Shown here in pieces: positions 1-9,851 of a DNA stretch of 64,000 bases. The DNA comes from an uncultured Verrucomicrobiae bacterium (GTDB lineage: Bacteria; Verrucomicrobiota; Verrucomicrobiia; Limisphaerales; UBA11358). The position numbers and the translations under genes were made by a program. A model generated the notes under the pieces. The model worked only from the letters and a program-made list of their open reading frames with translations. It was not told the DNA's origin and did not search any database. Within the stretch, counting starts at the first letter, position 1; every line of letters starts with the position of its first letter. The stretch covers positions 582,063-646,062 of the forward strand of contig CAVVAN010000004.1 of assembly GCA_963746345.1 (NCBI GenBank). Reading direction: 5' to 3'.

Positions 1-17
1 ATTTTGCCACCGAACAA

Positions 18-2906
18 TTGGCGAAGGACTTGAAATTTCTTATTCCTGTTCTGCTGTGCTGCATCGTTGCAGCACCGGCTTGGGCTACCTCGTTTTACAC
101 GCAACGATTGGAAGATCCCAAGGCGGTTTATGTCTCCCCTTCTGGCAATAGCGATGACACCGCCACTTTGCAGCAAGCAGTGAATCAAGTTCAAGAAACC
201 ACCGGCCAAGGTATTGTTCTGCTAGCGCCCGGAAAATATCGCATCAGTGATACGCTTTATATTTGGCCGGGCATCCGGTTGATTGGTTATGGAGCGGAAC
301 GGCCAGTCATTGTTCTGCCAGCCAACACGCCAGATTTCGGCGATGCGTCGCATGAAAAACCCATGATATTTTTTGCCGGAAGGCGCCCGCAAAACGACAC
401 GGATACTGTCCCGGATGCCGACCCCGGCACTTTTTATTCCGCGCTTGCCAATATTGATATAGAAGTTGAGAAAGGCAATTCCGGGGCGGTTGGGGTTCGG
501 GCGCGCTACGCTCAACATTGTTTTCTTGCCCACATGGATTTTCGTCTCGGCCCGGCGCTGGCGGGCATCCACGAAGGCGGCAATGTGGTTGAGGATGTTC
601 ATTTCTTTGGCGGCACGCACGCGGTTTGGACATCAAAACCTTCGCCCGGCTGGCAGTTCACGTTCATTGACTGTTCATTTGAGGACCAACGCGAGGCCGC
701 CATTTTTGAACACGAAGCCGGACTCACGCTGATTCGTCCGCACTTTCGCCATGTTCCAACAGCCGTTGAAATCGAGCCTGAATGGGCGGACGAACTTTGG
801 GTCAAGGATGCGCGTCTTGAAAATATTTCCGGGCCGGCATTTATTTTTGGGATGGAGAAAAGTCCGCGCAACGAAATTAACATGGAAGGAGTCACTTGTC
901 GCAACGTGCCGGTCTTTGCAGCGTTGCGCGATAGTGGCAAACGTTTTAATGCTCCTGCTGAAATTTATTCGGTAACGAATTTCTTCCACGGCCTTCATTA
1001 TACTGATATTGGAGTAACACCCGAAATTGAAACCCATTTTGGTGCCGTTCCGTTGGCTACGATGCCAGATATTGTCGCTTCTGATTTGGCTCGGCTTCCC
1101 GCTTGCGATACTTGGGTGAATTTGCACGATCTGGGAGCTAAAGGTGACGGCCAAACCGATGACACTGAAGTGTTGCAGAAAGCAATTGCATCTCACCGCG
1201 CCATTTATCTGCCCTCCGGCTTTTACGTCGTGCATGAAACGTTGAAACTCCGGCCTGACTCGGTGTTGATCGGACTACATCCGGGCGCAACGCAGATTAT
1301 TTTGCCGGACGGCACTCCCGCTTATCAGGGCATTGGTGATCCCAAGGCTTTGCTGGAAGCGCCCAAAGGCGGCAGCAACATTGTGATCGGTGTAGGACTT
1401 TATACGGGCGGAAATAATCGCCGTGAGGTTACAGCTCTTTGGAAAGCCGGAACCAATTCAATGATGAATGACGTGCGATTCCTTGGCGGCCACGGGACAC
1501 CGCTACCGGACGGTTCCAGTCAAAATCCGTATAACAAAAGCCACACCGGTGATCCCGATCCAACACGTCATTGGGACAGCCAATATCCAAGTCTTTGGGT
1601 TACCGATGGCGGCGGCGGCACGTTTCTCGATATTTGGACTCCGTCAACTTTTGCGCAAGCGGGCATGGTCGTCTCCGATACTGAAACCGAAGGACGCGCT
1701 TATCAGATTTCGAGCGAGCATCATGTCCGTAATGAAATTCAAGTGCGCAACGCCGCAAACTGGAGTTTTTATGCGTTGCAAACCGAAGAAGAGCGTGGCG
1801 AAAGCGGTTTTGCTTTACCGATTGAAATTGATTCGTCGCACGATATTACTTTTGCCAATTTCCATAGTTACCGCGTCATCAGTTCCTTCCAGCCTTTTCC
1901 GTGGGCCGTCAAGGTATCAAACTCGCACGACATCCATTTCCGCAACTTCCATTGCGACAGCAACAGCAAAGTGAGTTTTGATTCTTCCGTTTATGACCAG
2001 ACACATAACGTTGAAATCCGCCAACATGAATTTGCGTGGTTGGACATCTCCGGTCGAATGTCGCGTCCAACGCCCGTCGCATCTTCGCCTGTCATTGCAT
2101 ATGGAGCCAAAATGAAGAAACTCGCGGGCGGATTTTTTAATATTTCCGGCGGCGCTGCCGGACCGCGCGGCGATTTCTATTTTGTGGATTCGCATTGGCA
2201 GCGAATCTATCGCTGGAATCCCTTGTCAAAACAACTTTCGACTGTCAGTGATTTTCCCTTGGAGCCCGTCAATCTGGCCGTTGACCAGTCGGACAACCTG
2301 ATGGTCATTTCTTACGCGGAAAATGGCGTTGTTTATTCCCTGACTCCAAACGGCACAGTCACGCTGTTGAAAACTGAACCTGTTGCCAATTGTTCCGGCA
2401 AAAATATATTTCTGCCCGTCAGCGATTGGTATTTAAATCGCGATTCACTTTCCCAGCCGGTTGCCGATTTTATTTCACCTGATGGGACAACGGTGCTGCC
2501 TATAGGCGATGACTTTCTAAATGGAGCGACCAGTTGGGGTGTCAAATCCAGCCCGCAAATCCGCTCCTTCGGCCTGGGCCGGGCCATTCCGGGCGAACCT
2601 TTTTATGTCACTGACGAATCCGAGTTGAGAACCTGGATGGCCAACGTCAATCCAGATGGAAGCCTGAAAAATTTCCGGCTGTTCGCGGAACAAGGCGGCG
2701 AAAGTGTGACTGCGGATTCGCACGGCAATGTGTATATTGCCGCCGGCCAGATTTACGTCTATGACCCGACTGGCAAATTGATTGACACCATCAAAGTTCC
2801 TGAACGTCCGATCCAATTGGCATTTGGCGGCGAAGATCACAAAACGCTCTTTATCGCCGCCCGGACTTCGCTTTATTCCCTGCGCACGCGCTATTGGGGA
2901 AAATGA
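18..2906 (+). CDS. secreted protein with two pectate-lyase-3/GH55-like beta-helix domains fused to a C-terminal SMP-30/gluconolactonase-like beta-propeller
   Basis: Intact 962-aa ORF with TTG start and signal peptide MAKDLKFLIPVLLCCIVAAPAWA. Two copies of the motif DDT..LQ.A...G.Y (aa ~46-75 and ~375-400). C-terminus GNVYIAAGQIYVYDPTGKLI...LAFGGEDHKTLFIAA is typical of SGL propellers. Confidence 0.6.
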   Translation: MAKDLKFLIPVLLCCIVAAPAWATSFYTQRLEDPKAVYVSPSGNSDDTATLQQAVNQVQETTGQGIVLLAPGKYRISDTLYIWPGIRLIGYGAERPVIVLPANTPDFGDASHEKPMIFFAGRRPQNDTDTVPDADPGTFYSALANIDIEVEKGNSGAVGVRARYAQHCFLAHMDFRLGPALAGIHEGGNVVEDVHFFGGTHAVWTSKPSPGWQFTFIDCSFEDQREAAIFEHEAGLTLIRPHFRHVPTAVEIEPEWADELWVKDARLENISGPAFIFGMEKSPRNEINMEGVTCRNVPVFAALRDSGKRFNAPAEIYSVTNFFHGLHYTDIGVTPEIETHFGAVPLATMPDIVASDLARLPACDTWVNLHDLGAKGDGQTDDTEVLQKAIASHRAIYLPSGFYVVHETLKLRPDSVLIGLHPGATQIILPDGTPAYQGIGDPKALLEAPKGGSNIVIGVGLYTGGNNRREVTALWKAGTNSMMNDVRFLGGHGTPLPDGSSQNPYNKSHTGDPDPTRHWDSQYPSLWVTDGGGGTFLDIWTPSTFAQAGMVVSDTETEGRAYQISSEHHVRNEIQVRNAANWSFYALQTEEERGESGFALPIEIDSSHDITFANFHSYRVISSFQPFPWAVKVSNSHDIHFRNFHCDSNSKVSFDSSVYDQTHNVEIRQHEFAWLDISGRMSRPTPVASSPVIAYGAKMKKLAGGFFNISGGAAGPRGDFYFVDSHWQRIYRWNPLSKQLSTVSDFPLEPVNLAVDQSDNLMVISYAENGVVYSLTPNGTVTLLKTEPVANCSGKNIFLPVSDWYLNRDSLSQPVADFISPDGTTVLPIGDDFLNGATSWGVKSSPQIRSFGLGRAIPGEPFYVTDESELRTWMANVNPDGSLKNFRLFAEQGGESVTADSHGNVYIAAGQIYVYDPTGKLIDTIKVPERPIQLAFGGEDHKTLFIAARTSLYSLRTRYWGK

Positions 2907-3115
2907 GCATTCGTTTGAACGGATTTCGCAAAAACTTCATTTAGAAAGTCTGTGACCTTGGATTCCATTTCCGGCGTCGAAAAAAGCGGACCATCATGAC
3001 CAGCGGCATCCACAATGATGAGCTGATTTTTTACCCCTGCCCGATCCAGCGCGTCATGCAAACGCGAATCGTCCGCTTGACATTCAACTCTCAACATTTG
3101 ACCCTTTGCCCACAG
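2891..3115 (-). pseudogene. C-terminal remnant of an alpha/beta hydrolase (dienelactone hydrolase/prolyl oligopeptidase-like)
   Basis: Only the last ~70 codons look protein-like (..DDSRLHDALDRAGVKNQLIIVDAAGHDGPLF..VTDFLNEVF*). The upstream part of the 150-aa ORF is antisense to the RelE-like gene. No N-terminal or nucleophile region is present. Confidence 0.4.
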
Positions 3116-3478
3116 ATGTTTCAAATCATTTTTACGCCGACCAGCGCCGCTGAAGTGGCGCGGATGCCGAAAGATTTGCAATTGCAAATTCTCGGCGAAT
3201 TTCGCGGGCTGCCCCAGAAAACCATCGGCACGGAACTGGACGCCTTCGGCAAACTGGAGATGGATGGACGCACGTTGCACCGCTTTCGCGTGGGCGATTA
3301 TCGCGTCTATTTCGAGCGCCATGAACTCGGCGTGCTGGTGCATCGGATTTTAAGCCGGCATACCTTGAAAGATTTTCTGTTCCGCTCCGGCTTGAAGACG
3401 GGCGAAGACGAAACACTCCAGGAAAATCCGAAATTCTGGGAATTAATCGAGTCGGCCAAAACCTCCGCCAAAACCTGA
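3116..3478 (+). CDS. RelE/ParE-family toxin-like protein with no recognisable cognate antitoxin
   Basis: Internal ATG at 3116 of ORF 2996..3478. Motif HRFRVGDYRVYFERHELGVLVHRILSRH matches the RelE/ParE core (R.GDYR.iy....v.v..i.hR). Confidence 0.55.
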   Translation: MFQIIFTPTSAAEVARMPKDLQLQILGEFRGLPQKTIGTELDAFGKLEMDGRTLHRFRVGDYRVYFERHELGVLVHRILSRHTLKDFLFRSGLKTGEDETLQENPKFWELIESAKTSAKT

Positions 3479-3585
3479 AAAATGAATCACGCATCAAAAA
3501 ACACGGCCATATTGACACGGTTCAAGCGCAACTAAATTTCCATTCCGGTGTTTGAGTTTATGCTGGCACACGGTATATTTGAAAT

Positions 3586-4350
3586 ATGAAGTGCGTGGGG
3601 AAAATTATGATTTGCCTCGCGGGCGGACTGGCATTGAATGCCAGTTTGTCCGCCGCCGAAGCTGTGTCGCCTAATAATCCTTATGTGCCCATCGTTACGC
3701 GAAATGTTTTTGGTCTGAACCCTCCGCAGCCTGCTGTTTTACAGACACCCGGCGAGCCGCCGCCTAAAATCACGCCCAATGGCATCATGACCATCTTTGG
3801 CAACCGGCAAGTGCTTTTCAAAGTCTCCATTCCCGCCAAACCGGGAATACCGGCCAAGGAAGATGATTACATTCTAGGCGAAGGCCAGCGACAGGACGAC
3901 ATTGAGGTGACGCAAATTGACGAAAAATCCGGCGTGGTAACATTCAACAACCACGGGACGGTGCAAGAAATTCCCCTGACCGTTGCTCCAACCATTGCCA
4001 TGACGGGTGCGGCAAATCAGAGCCCGCCTCCCGCCGTGCCAAACGCCGAAGGCGGCAGACGTTTTGGAGGCGGCGGTCGGTTTGGACGAAATTCTGCCGT
4101 GGGAATTGGCGGCAATAATTTCAACGGAGCAAACAATGGCGCGAACGACGGCTCGAATTTGCGAAGTATGCCAACGCGCCAGGAATTGCCGCAGATTGAT
4201 CCCGACCAACAGATCATCATGATTGAGGCACAACGACAGCAATTAAAAAATGCAGGCGATCCAACCGCTAATATTTTTCCGATCACCGAATTGACGCCGT
4301 CAGAAGATGCAGGACCAAATGGCAACTCCTTGGCGGCTCCCTCACCGTAA
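3586..4350 (+). CDS. secreted hypothetical protein with a Gly/Asn-rich low-complexity centre
   Basis: Intact 254-aa ORF with N-terminal signal peptide (..LALNASLSAAEA). No recognisable catalytic motif. Confidence 0.5.
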   Translation: MKCVGKIMICLAGGLALNASLSAAEAVSPNNPYVPIVTRNVFGLNPPQPAVLQTPGEPPPKITPNGIMTIFGNRQVLFKVSIPAKPGIPAKEDDYILGEGQRQDDIEVTQIDEKSGVVTFNNHGTVQEIPLTVAPTIAMTGAANQSPPPAVPNAEGGRRFGGGGRFGRNSAVGIGGNNFNGANNGANDGSNLRSMPTRQELPQIDPDQQIIMIEAQRQQLKNAGDPTANIFPITELTPSEDAGPNGNSLAAPSP

Positions 4351-4432
4351 TGACATCTCAAATGTGGCTTTTTTGCCACCAATTCCATCCACGGCGCTTA
4401 AGGGCGATTCAGAAAAATAGAATCGGGCACTC

Positions 4433-5984
4433 ATGAAACTTAAGCGGCAATCGTTGGTTTCCCAAGGTTCACTGCACCGCATATTTGAAGAGGTCAATAA
4501 GTCTTGGAAACAATTTGATTTTCAGGTGGCTATCGAGTTGATGGAACGCGCCAGTCGACTTGACCCGGCAAACGCCGGCCTCCTGTTGGATTTGGGTCGC
4601 ATGTATGGGCTGCGTTATGATTATGCCGCAGCCGGACATTGTTTTGATAAAGCCGTTCGTATCTCACCAAAAAAAATCGAAATGCTCGCCGCAGCCGGTT
4701 TGCAAAGCCGCGATTTTGGTAACTTTCCGATGTCCGAACGTTATTACTTGTTGGCGTCCGAACAAAAAGACGCCACGCCGGAAGTATTTGTTCAATTGGC
4801 AAAACTTTATGAACGTCTTCGCCGGATGGAAGACGCCGCCGATATGGTAGAACGGGCGTTGAAACTTAATAGCGCCTGTCCAGAGGCGTTGCTCACCCGC
4901 GCCCGATTGGAACGACAGAATGGCCGATTGGAAGAAGCTGAAAAACTTATCCGCTCGTTCGTCAATAAATCAAATCCCGATGTTTGGATACATGCCCAGA
5001 CCTGGTATGAACTCGGCGCGATTCTTGATCGTCAGGGGAAATACGACGATGCCTTTGCCGCTTTCGTGCAAGCCAAAGCGCTCTTGCGCCCGAATGCAGA
5101 ACGTCTTCTTGATGAATTAAAAATTGTCCGCAAACGTATCACGGACATGCAGGCCCATATTTCCGCCGAAGCATTGCAACGTTGGTTCGATTGCGCGGCG
5201 GCACTGCGACCGAGTAAGCGATTGGCACTTTTAGGCGGACATCCCCGCTCTGGAACGACCCTGCTGGAGCAAGTTTTGGACTCACATTCAGAACATTGTC
5301 TCGGTGGAAGAAACAACAATTTTTCACGACGAAGGCTATATGCCGCTAACCCGCAGTTTGCCGGACCAACCCATGTTGTCGGTTCTTGAAGGGGCGCAGA
5401 CAAATACATTGCAGCAATCGCGCGCGAACTATTTCCGTTCCGTAGAAAGATTTCTTGGCAAGCCGGTCGGTGAATGTCTGGTGATTGACAAAAATCCATC
5501 GCTGACTTTTTTGATTCCGCTTCTCATCCGAGTATTTCCTGAAATAAAATTTCTCATCGCAGTGCGAGACCCGCGCGATGTGGTTTTGAGTTGTTTCATG
5601 CAGTCTTTGCCGCTCGAACAAGGCAGTTCGGCCTATTTGAGCCTGGAAAGCACCGTTGATGAATACACCGCCATGATGAGTCTATGGCGGACGCTTGCGC
5701 CTTTGATAAAAAATCAATTCCTCGAAGTGCGTTACGAAGACATGGTGAATGATCTGGAATCCGTCGCGCGGCGGACGTTGGATTTTCTTGGCGTTCCGTG
5801 GGATGCGCGCGTGCTGGGATTTGACGAACATGCACGGCAAAAAGTTGTGCGCTCGCCGACCTACGCCGACGTGACCAAACCGGTCTATAAAGGCGCTGTT
5901 GGCCGCTGGCGCAATTACCAGAAATACCTCGAACCGCACTTGGAAAAATTGGCGCCGTTCGTCAAGACTTTCGGATATGAATAA
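4433..5984 (+). pseudogene. TPR-repeat sulfotransferase, paralogue 1 (one frameshift near 5292)
   Basis: ORFs 4433..5389 and 5304..5984 together are colinear with the 514-aa paralogues downstream. The frame switches inside LEQVLDSHSE|IVSVEETTIF, where an extra A is seen in gaac at ~5292. PAPS motifs GGHPRSGTTL and RDPRDVVLS are present. Confidence 0.8.
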
Positions 5985-6018
5985 CTGGCGGAGACGCCGC
6001 AGCGCGCCATTCGAATAA

Positions 6019-6348
6019 TCAATTCAATTCCAGCAGCCATGCGATTTTATCGCGCACGGCCAAAGTTATCCGGGCTTCAAATTGTCCGGCGCGACGTTCC
6101 AGCCGGTGATTTTCAACAGAGGTCAGTCCCTGAACATTTGCCACGCCTTCGTCCGCGCCGGGCAACCAGCGCACGCGCGGCAGCTTCACTTCATAATCAC
6201 CACTGCGAATCTGCGTCGTCAATGGCACGCACACGCATAAGGCGCGTTCCGCGTCCACATCTTCACGAGAGACCACCATCAGCGGACGAAGCTTGCCTTT
6301 CAGTCCCAAATCCACCCAATACACCTCACCAGGCTTTGGATTTGTCAT
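6019..6348 (-). CDS. mazF: MazF/PemK-family type II toxin (mRNA interferase)
   Basis: 109 aa. PGEVYWVDLG...RPLMVVS...VCVPLTT pattern is typical of PemK/MazF. It overlaps the upstream antitoxin gene by 23 nt. Confidence 0.8.
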   Translation of the reverse strand: MTNPKPGEVYWVDLGLKGKLRPLMVVSREDVDAERALCVCVPLTTQIRSGDYEVKLPRVRWLPGADEGVANVQGLTSVENHRLERRAGQFEARITLAVRDKIAWLLELN

Positions 6349-6544
6349 AAAAACTTTCCAGCGTGGCGGCGCGCAGTTCCCAAGCTTCGGCGGGCGATTC
6401 CGTCTTGTCCGGAACGGAGATTTTGGGCGCAGGCATGATCCACCAGCCGCCGCTCTCCATTGTCACCAAATACTTTGCGCCCTTGCGCGTGCCCCGGATG
6501 CAGACGCGGCCCTTGTCATCAGCTTTTACCAAAGTCGTTTCCAT
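6326..6544 (-). CDS. mazE: AbrB/MazE/SpoVT-family antitoxin
   Basis: 72 aa. N-terminal swapped-hairpin-like VKADDKGRVCIRG. Lies immediately upstream of and overlapping the MazF-like gene. Confidence 0.65.
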   Translation of the reverse strand: METTLVKADDKGRVCIRGTRKGAKYLVTMESGGWWIMPAPKISVPDKTESPAEAWELRAATLESFYDKSKAW

Positions 6545-6597
6545 GTGGGAACATTCCCACTTTCAGGAACCATTGTCAACGGCTTAATGATTGAAAA

Positions 6598-6648
6598 GGC
6601 CGGTTCAGCGCGCGGCGCTGACCGGACATCGCAGCGTGACGTCCCTGC
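6598..6648. repeat. REP-like palindromic element, same family as 9852-10075
   Basis: ggccggttcagcgcgcggcgctgaccggacatcgcagcgtgacgtccctgc closely matches unit 2 of the 9852-10075 cluster. Confidence 0.7.
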
Positions 6649-6706
6649 TTCCGGTTTCTTTGCAGAGACTGCTTGTGCAAAAAACATTGGCATCTAAAAT
6701 TACTCC

Positions 6707-8251
6707 ATGAGACGGCTACAGTTGGTTTCCCAAGGTTCTTTGAGCCGCATGATCAAGTCGGCGGATGAATCCTGGGAACGGGGCGACTCGCAGCAATGTT
6801 TTGAGACGTTGGAACGCGCCAGCCGTCTCGACCCGGGCAATCCCAAAATGCAGTTCTATTTGGCCCAGCGTTATGGATTGCATTACAACCACGCCGCAGC
6901 CGAACGTTGCTTTGAACAGGCCGTTCGCATTGCACTGCATAAAACGGAAGCCTTGGAATTTGCCGGACGGCTGTCCCTCGATTTTGGCCGTCATCAAATG
7001 GCCGAGGATTATTTCCGGCGCGCTTTAGAACAAAAAGACGCCTCCGCTGAAACCTTCGCCAGACTCGCGGAACTTTATGAGCGCCTTCATCGCACGGAAG
7101 ATGCCTCCAAACTCGTCGCTCAAGCCTTGCAGTTGGATGACAACTGCGCTTTGGCACAACTCACTCGCGCAAAATTATATCGCCGGGCGGGTCGCCTAGA
7201 AGAAGCAGAAAAAATTCTGCGGTTGTTTCCAACCATAACCGAACGCTATATCCAAGTGCGCCGATTTTACGAATTGGGCGCGAATCTTGATCTTCAAGGA
7301 CGTTATGACAATGCCATGAGCGCGTTTCTTGAAGGCAAGGCGCTATTGCAACCGGATGCGCCGCCATTGCTCGCGCAATTGAAATTGGTTCGCGAACGCT
7401 TGAAGCAGATGCAAAATGACATCACCCCTGAAATGCTTCAACGCTGGCATGATTGCGCCCCGGCGCTGGCACCCGGCCATCGTCTGGCATTTTTGGGTGG
7501 ACATCCCCGTTCCGGCACAACGTTGTTGGAACAAGTTCTGGACTCGCACCCCGACATCGTCTCGGCAGAAGAGACAACAATTTTTAATGATGAAGCCTAT
7601 ATGCCGCTCATGCGCGGCTTGCCACAAAACACATCCTTGCTGTCAGCGCTGGAGGCCGCGCAAACCGGAACATTGCGTCAGGCTCGTAAAAATTACTTTC
7701 GTTCGATGGAAATGCACTTGTGCAATCCCATCGGTCAACGTCTGTTGATTGACAAAAATCCCTCCATTCAATCTTTGATTCTTGCCTTTGTCCGAATCTT
7801 TCCCGAAATAAAACTTTTGGTGGCGTTGCGCGATCCGCGCGATGTGGTCTTAAGTTCGTTCATGCAGGTTTATTTGCCCATCAGCACCGGCAGCGTGTCC
7901 GCGCTGAACCTTGAAGTCGCCGTTGAAAATTATGCCGGCGTCATGGGAATCTGGCAAAAGCTCGCGCCATTGATAAAAAATCCATTTCTTGAAGTGCGTT
8001 ACGAGGACATGGTGAACGATTTGGAATCTGTAGCACGGCGGACATTGGATTTTCTTGGCGCACCGTGGGATGCTCATGTGCTCGGTTTTGACAAACACGC
8101 GCAGCAAAAACTGATGCGCTGCCCGACTTACGCTGACGTGACGCAGCCTGTCTATAAACGCGCCCACGGACGCTGGCACAATTACAAAAAATATCTCGAA
8201 CCACACTTGGCCAAACTGGAGCCATTTATCAAAGCGTTCGGTTATGAATAA
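6707..8251 (+). CDS. TPR-repeat sulfotransferase, paralogue 2
   Basis: Intact 514 aa. N-terminal TPRs, 5'-PSB motif GGHPRSGTTLLEQ, 3'-PB motif RDPRDVVLSSF. Confidence 0.8.
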   Translation: MRRLQLVSQGSLSRMIKSADESWERGDSQQCFETLERASRLDPGNPKMQFYLAQRYGLHYNHAAAERCFEQAVRIALHKTEALEFAGRLSLDFGRHQMAEDYFRRALEQKDASAETFARLAELYERLHRTEDASKLVAQALQLDDNCALAQLTRAKLYRRAGRLEEAEKILRLFPTITERYIQVRRFYELGANLDLQGRYDNAMSAFLEGKALLQPDAPPLLAQLKLVRERLKQMQNDITPEMLQRWHDCAPALAPGHRLAFLGGHPRSGTTLLEQVLDSHPDIVSAEETTIFNDEAYMPLMRGLPQNTSLLSALEAAQTGTLRQARKNYFRSMEMHLCNPIGQRLLIDKNPSIQSLILAFVRIFPEIKLLVALRDPRDVVLSSFMQVYLPISTGSVSALNLEVAVENYAGVMGIWQKLAPLIKNPFLEVRYEDMVNDLESVARRTLDFLGAPWDAHVLGFDKHAQQKLMRCPTYADVTQPVYKRAHGRWHNYKKYLEPHLAKLEPFIKAFGYE

Positions 8252-8281
8252 GGCACATCAAGCACCTAAAACTTTCAAACG

Positions 8282-9826
8282 ATGAAACGTCCACAAATAA
8301 TTTCTTCAGGGTCTCTAAATCGAATGTTGGAAACTGCCGCCAAATCCTGGGAGTCTTACGATTTTCAGCAATGCTTTGAAATAATGGAGCGCGCCAGCCG
8401 TTTGGACCCCGCCAATCCCGGAATCATGCTTCAGTCAGGACGATATTATGGATTGCGCTATGATTACGCCGCCGCGACACAGTGTTTTGACAAGGCGATT
8501 CGCGTTGCCTCAAATAAAACTGAAGTTCTGGCGACTGCTGGGCGGTTGTCCGCTGATTTTTCGAAACCAGAAATAGCACAGGGTTATTTTCAACATGCCT
8601 TGCAACAAAAAGACGCTTCCGCCGAAACCTTCGCCAGATTAGCGGAACTTTACGAACGTCTTCATCGTATGGAAGAGGCATACGGATTAATAAACCAGGC
8701 GTTACGACTGGACGGCAACTGCGCTTTGGCGTTGCTCACTCTTGCGAGATTAGACCGCCGAAAGGGACGACTGGAAGAATCTGAAAAAAATCTCCGTGCA
8801 TTTTTAACAAAGGCTGACAGGCACATCCAGATTCGCGGTTATTACGAATTGGGCGCAAATCTTGACCTTCAAGGACGCTACGATGAAGCTATGACAGCGT
8901 TTTTGGAGGCTAAGGCGATGTTACATTTTGAAGCTCAACCATTGCTAACCAAATTACAAATTGATCGCGTTGTTATAAGGGAGAGGCAAGCCGGATTCAC
9001 GGCCGAAACAATGCAACGCTGGTTTGACTTTGGGTGCCAACTCCAGCCTACCCAACGCCTGGCATTTCTTGGTGGTCATCCACGTTCGGGGACGACGCTT
9101 CTGGAACAAGTATTAGATTCCCACCATGACATTGTTTCAGCCGAGGAGACACGGGTCTTTGTGGACGAAGCGTTCATGCCCCTCAGATCCGGTCTGCCGG
9201 AAGACTCATCGATGTTAGCCATCTTGGAATCGGCACGGGGCAGTGCGTTGCAGCAGTCCCGGGCGAGGTATTTTCGTTTCATTGAAATGAACTTAGAAAA
9301 AGTAATTGGTGGCAGGTTGCTCATCGACAAGAATCCTGCTATAACCCTTTTCATTCCCGCTTTCATCCGAGTTTTCCCCGAAGTAAAAATTCTGATGGCG
9401 TTACGTGATCCGCGGGACGTGGTGGTGAGCTGCTTCATGCAATCCTATGTGCCGGTTGCGCCGGGCAATGTGTCCTATCTAACTCTAGAAAATGCTTGTG
9501 ATGGCTATACGTTTATGATGGGAGGTTGGAGAAAATTTGCGCCGCTGCTTAAAAATCCCTGCCTCGAGATACGCTACGAAGACATGGTCAATGATCTGGA
9601 ATCCGTGGCGCGGCGGACGTTGGAGTTTCTTGGTGTTCCGTGGGATGCGCGCGTGCTGGGATTTGACGAACATGCGCGGCAAAAAGTAGTGCGCTCGCCC
9701 ACATATGCCGACGTGACCAAGGCGGTCTATAAAGGCGCAATTGGCCGCTGGCGCAACTACCAGAAATATCTCGAACCGCATCTGGCCAGACTGGAGCCTT
9801 TTATCAAAGCATTTGGTTATGAATAA
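8282..9826 (+). CDS. TPR-repeat sulfotransferase, paralogue 3
   Basis: Intact 514 aa with the same architecture. The last ~85 aa are nearly identical to paralogue 1. Confidence 0.8.
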   Translation: MKRPQIISSGSLNRMLETAAKSWESYDFQQCFEIMERASRLDPANPGIMLQSGRYYGLRYDYAAATQCFDKAIRVASNKTEVLATAGRLSADFSKPEIAQGYFQHALQQKDASAETFARLAELYERLHRMEEAYGLINQALRLDGNCALALLTLARLDRRKGRLEESEKNLRAFLTKADRHIQIRGYYELGANLDLQGRYDEAMTAFLEAKAMLHFEAQPLLTKLQIDRVVIRERQAGFTAETMQRWFDFGCQLQPTQRLAFLGGHPRSGTTLLEQVLDSHHDIVSAEETRVFVDEAFMPLRSGLPEDSSMLAILESARGSALQQSRARYFRFIEMNLEKVIGGRLLIDKNPAITLFIPAFIRVFPEVKILMALRDPRDVVVSCFMQSYVPVAPGNVSYLTLENACDGYTFMMGGWRKFAPLLKNPCLEIRYEDMVNDLESVARRTLEFLGVPWDARVLGFDEHARQKVVRSPTYADVTKAVYKGAIGRWRNYQKYLEPHLARLEPFIKAFGYE

Positions 9827-9851
9827 CCGGTAGAGACTCGCGCTTTTCGTT

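Noticed and set aside
5304-5984. ORF 5304-5984 as an independent short sulfotransferase gene.
   Set aside because: It is colinear with the C-terminal half of the 514-aa paralogues. It continues ORF 4433-5389 after a single-base shift at ~5292.
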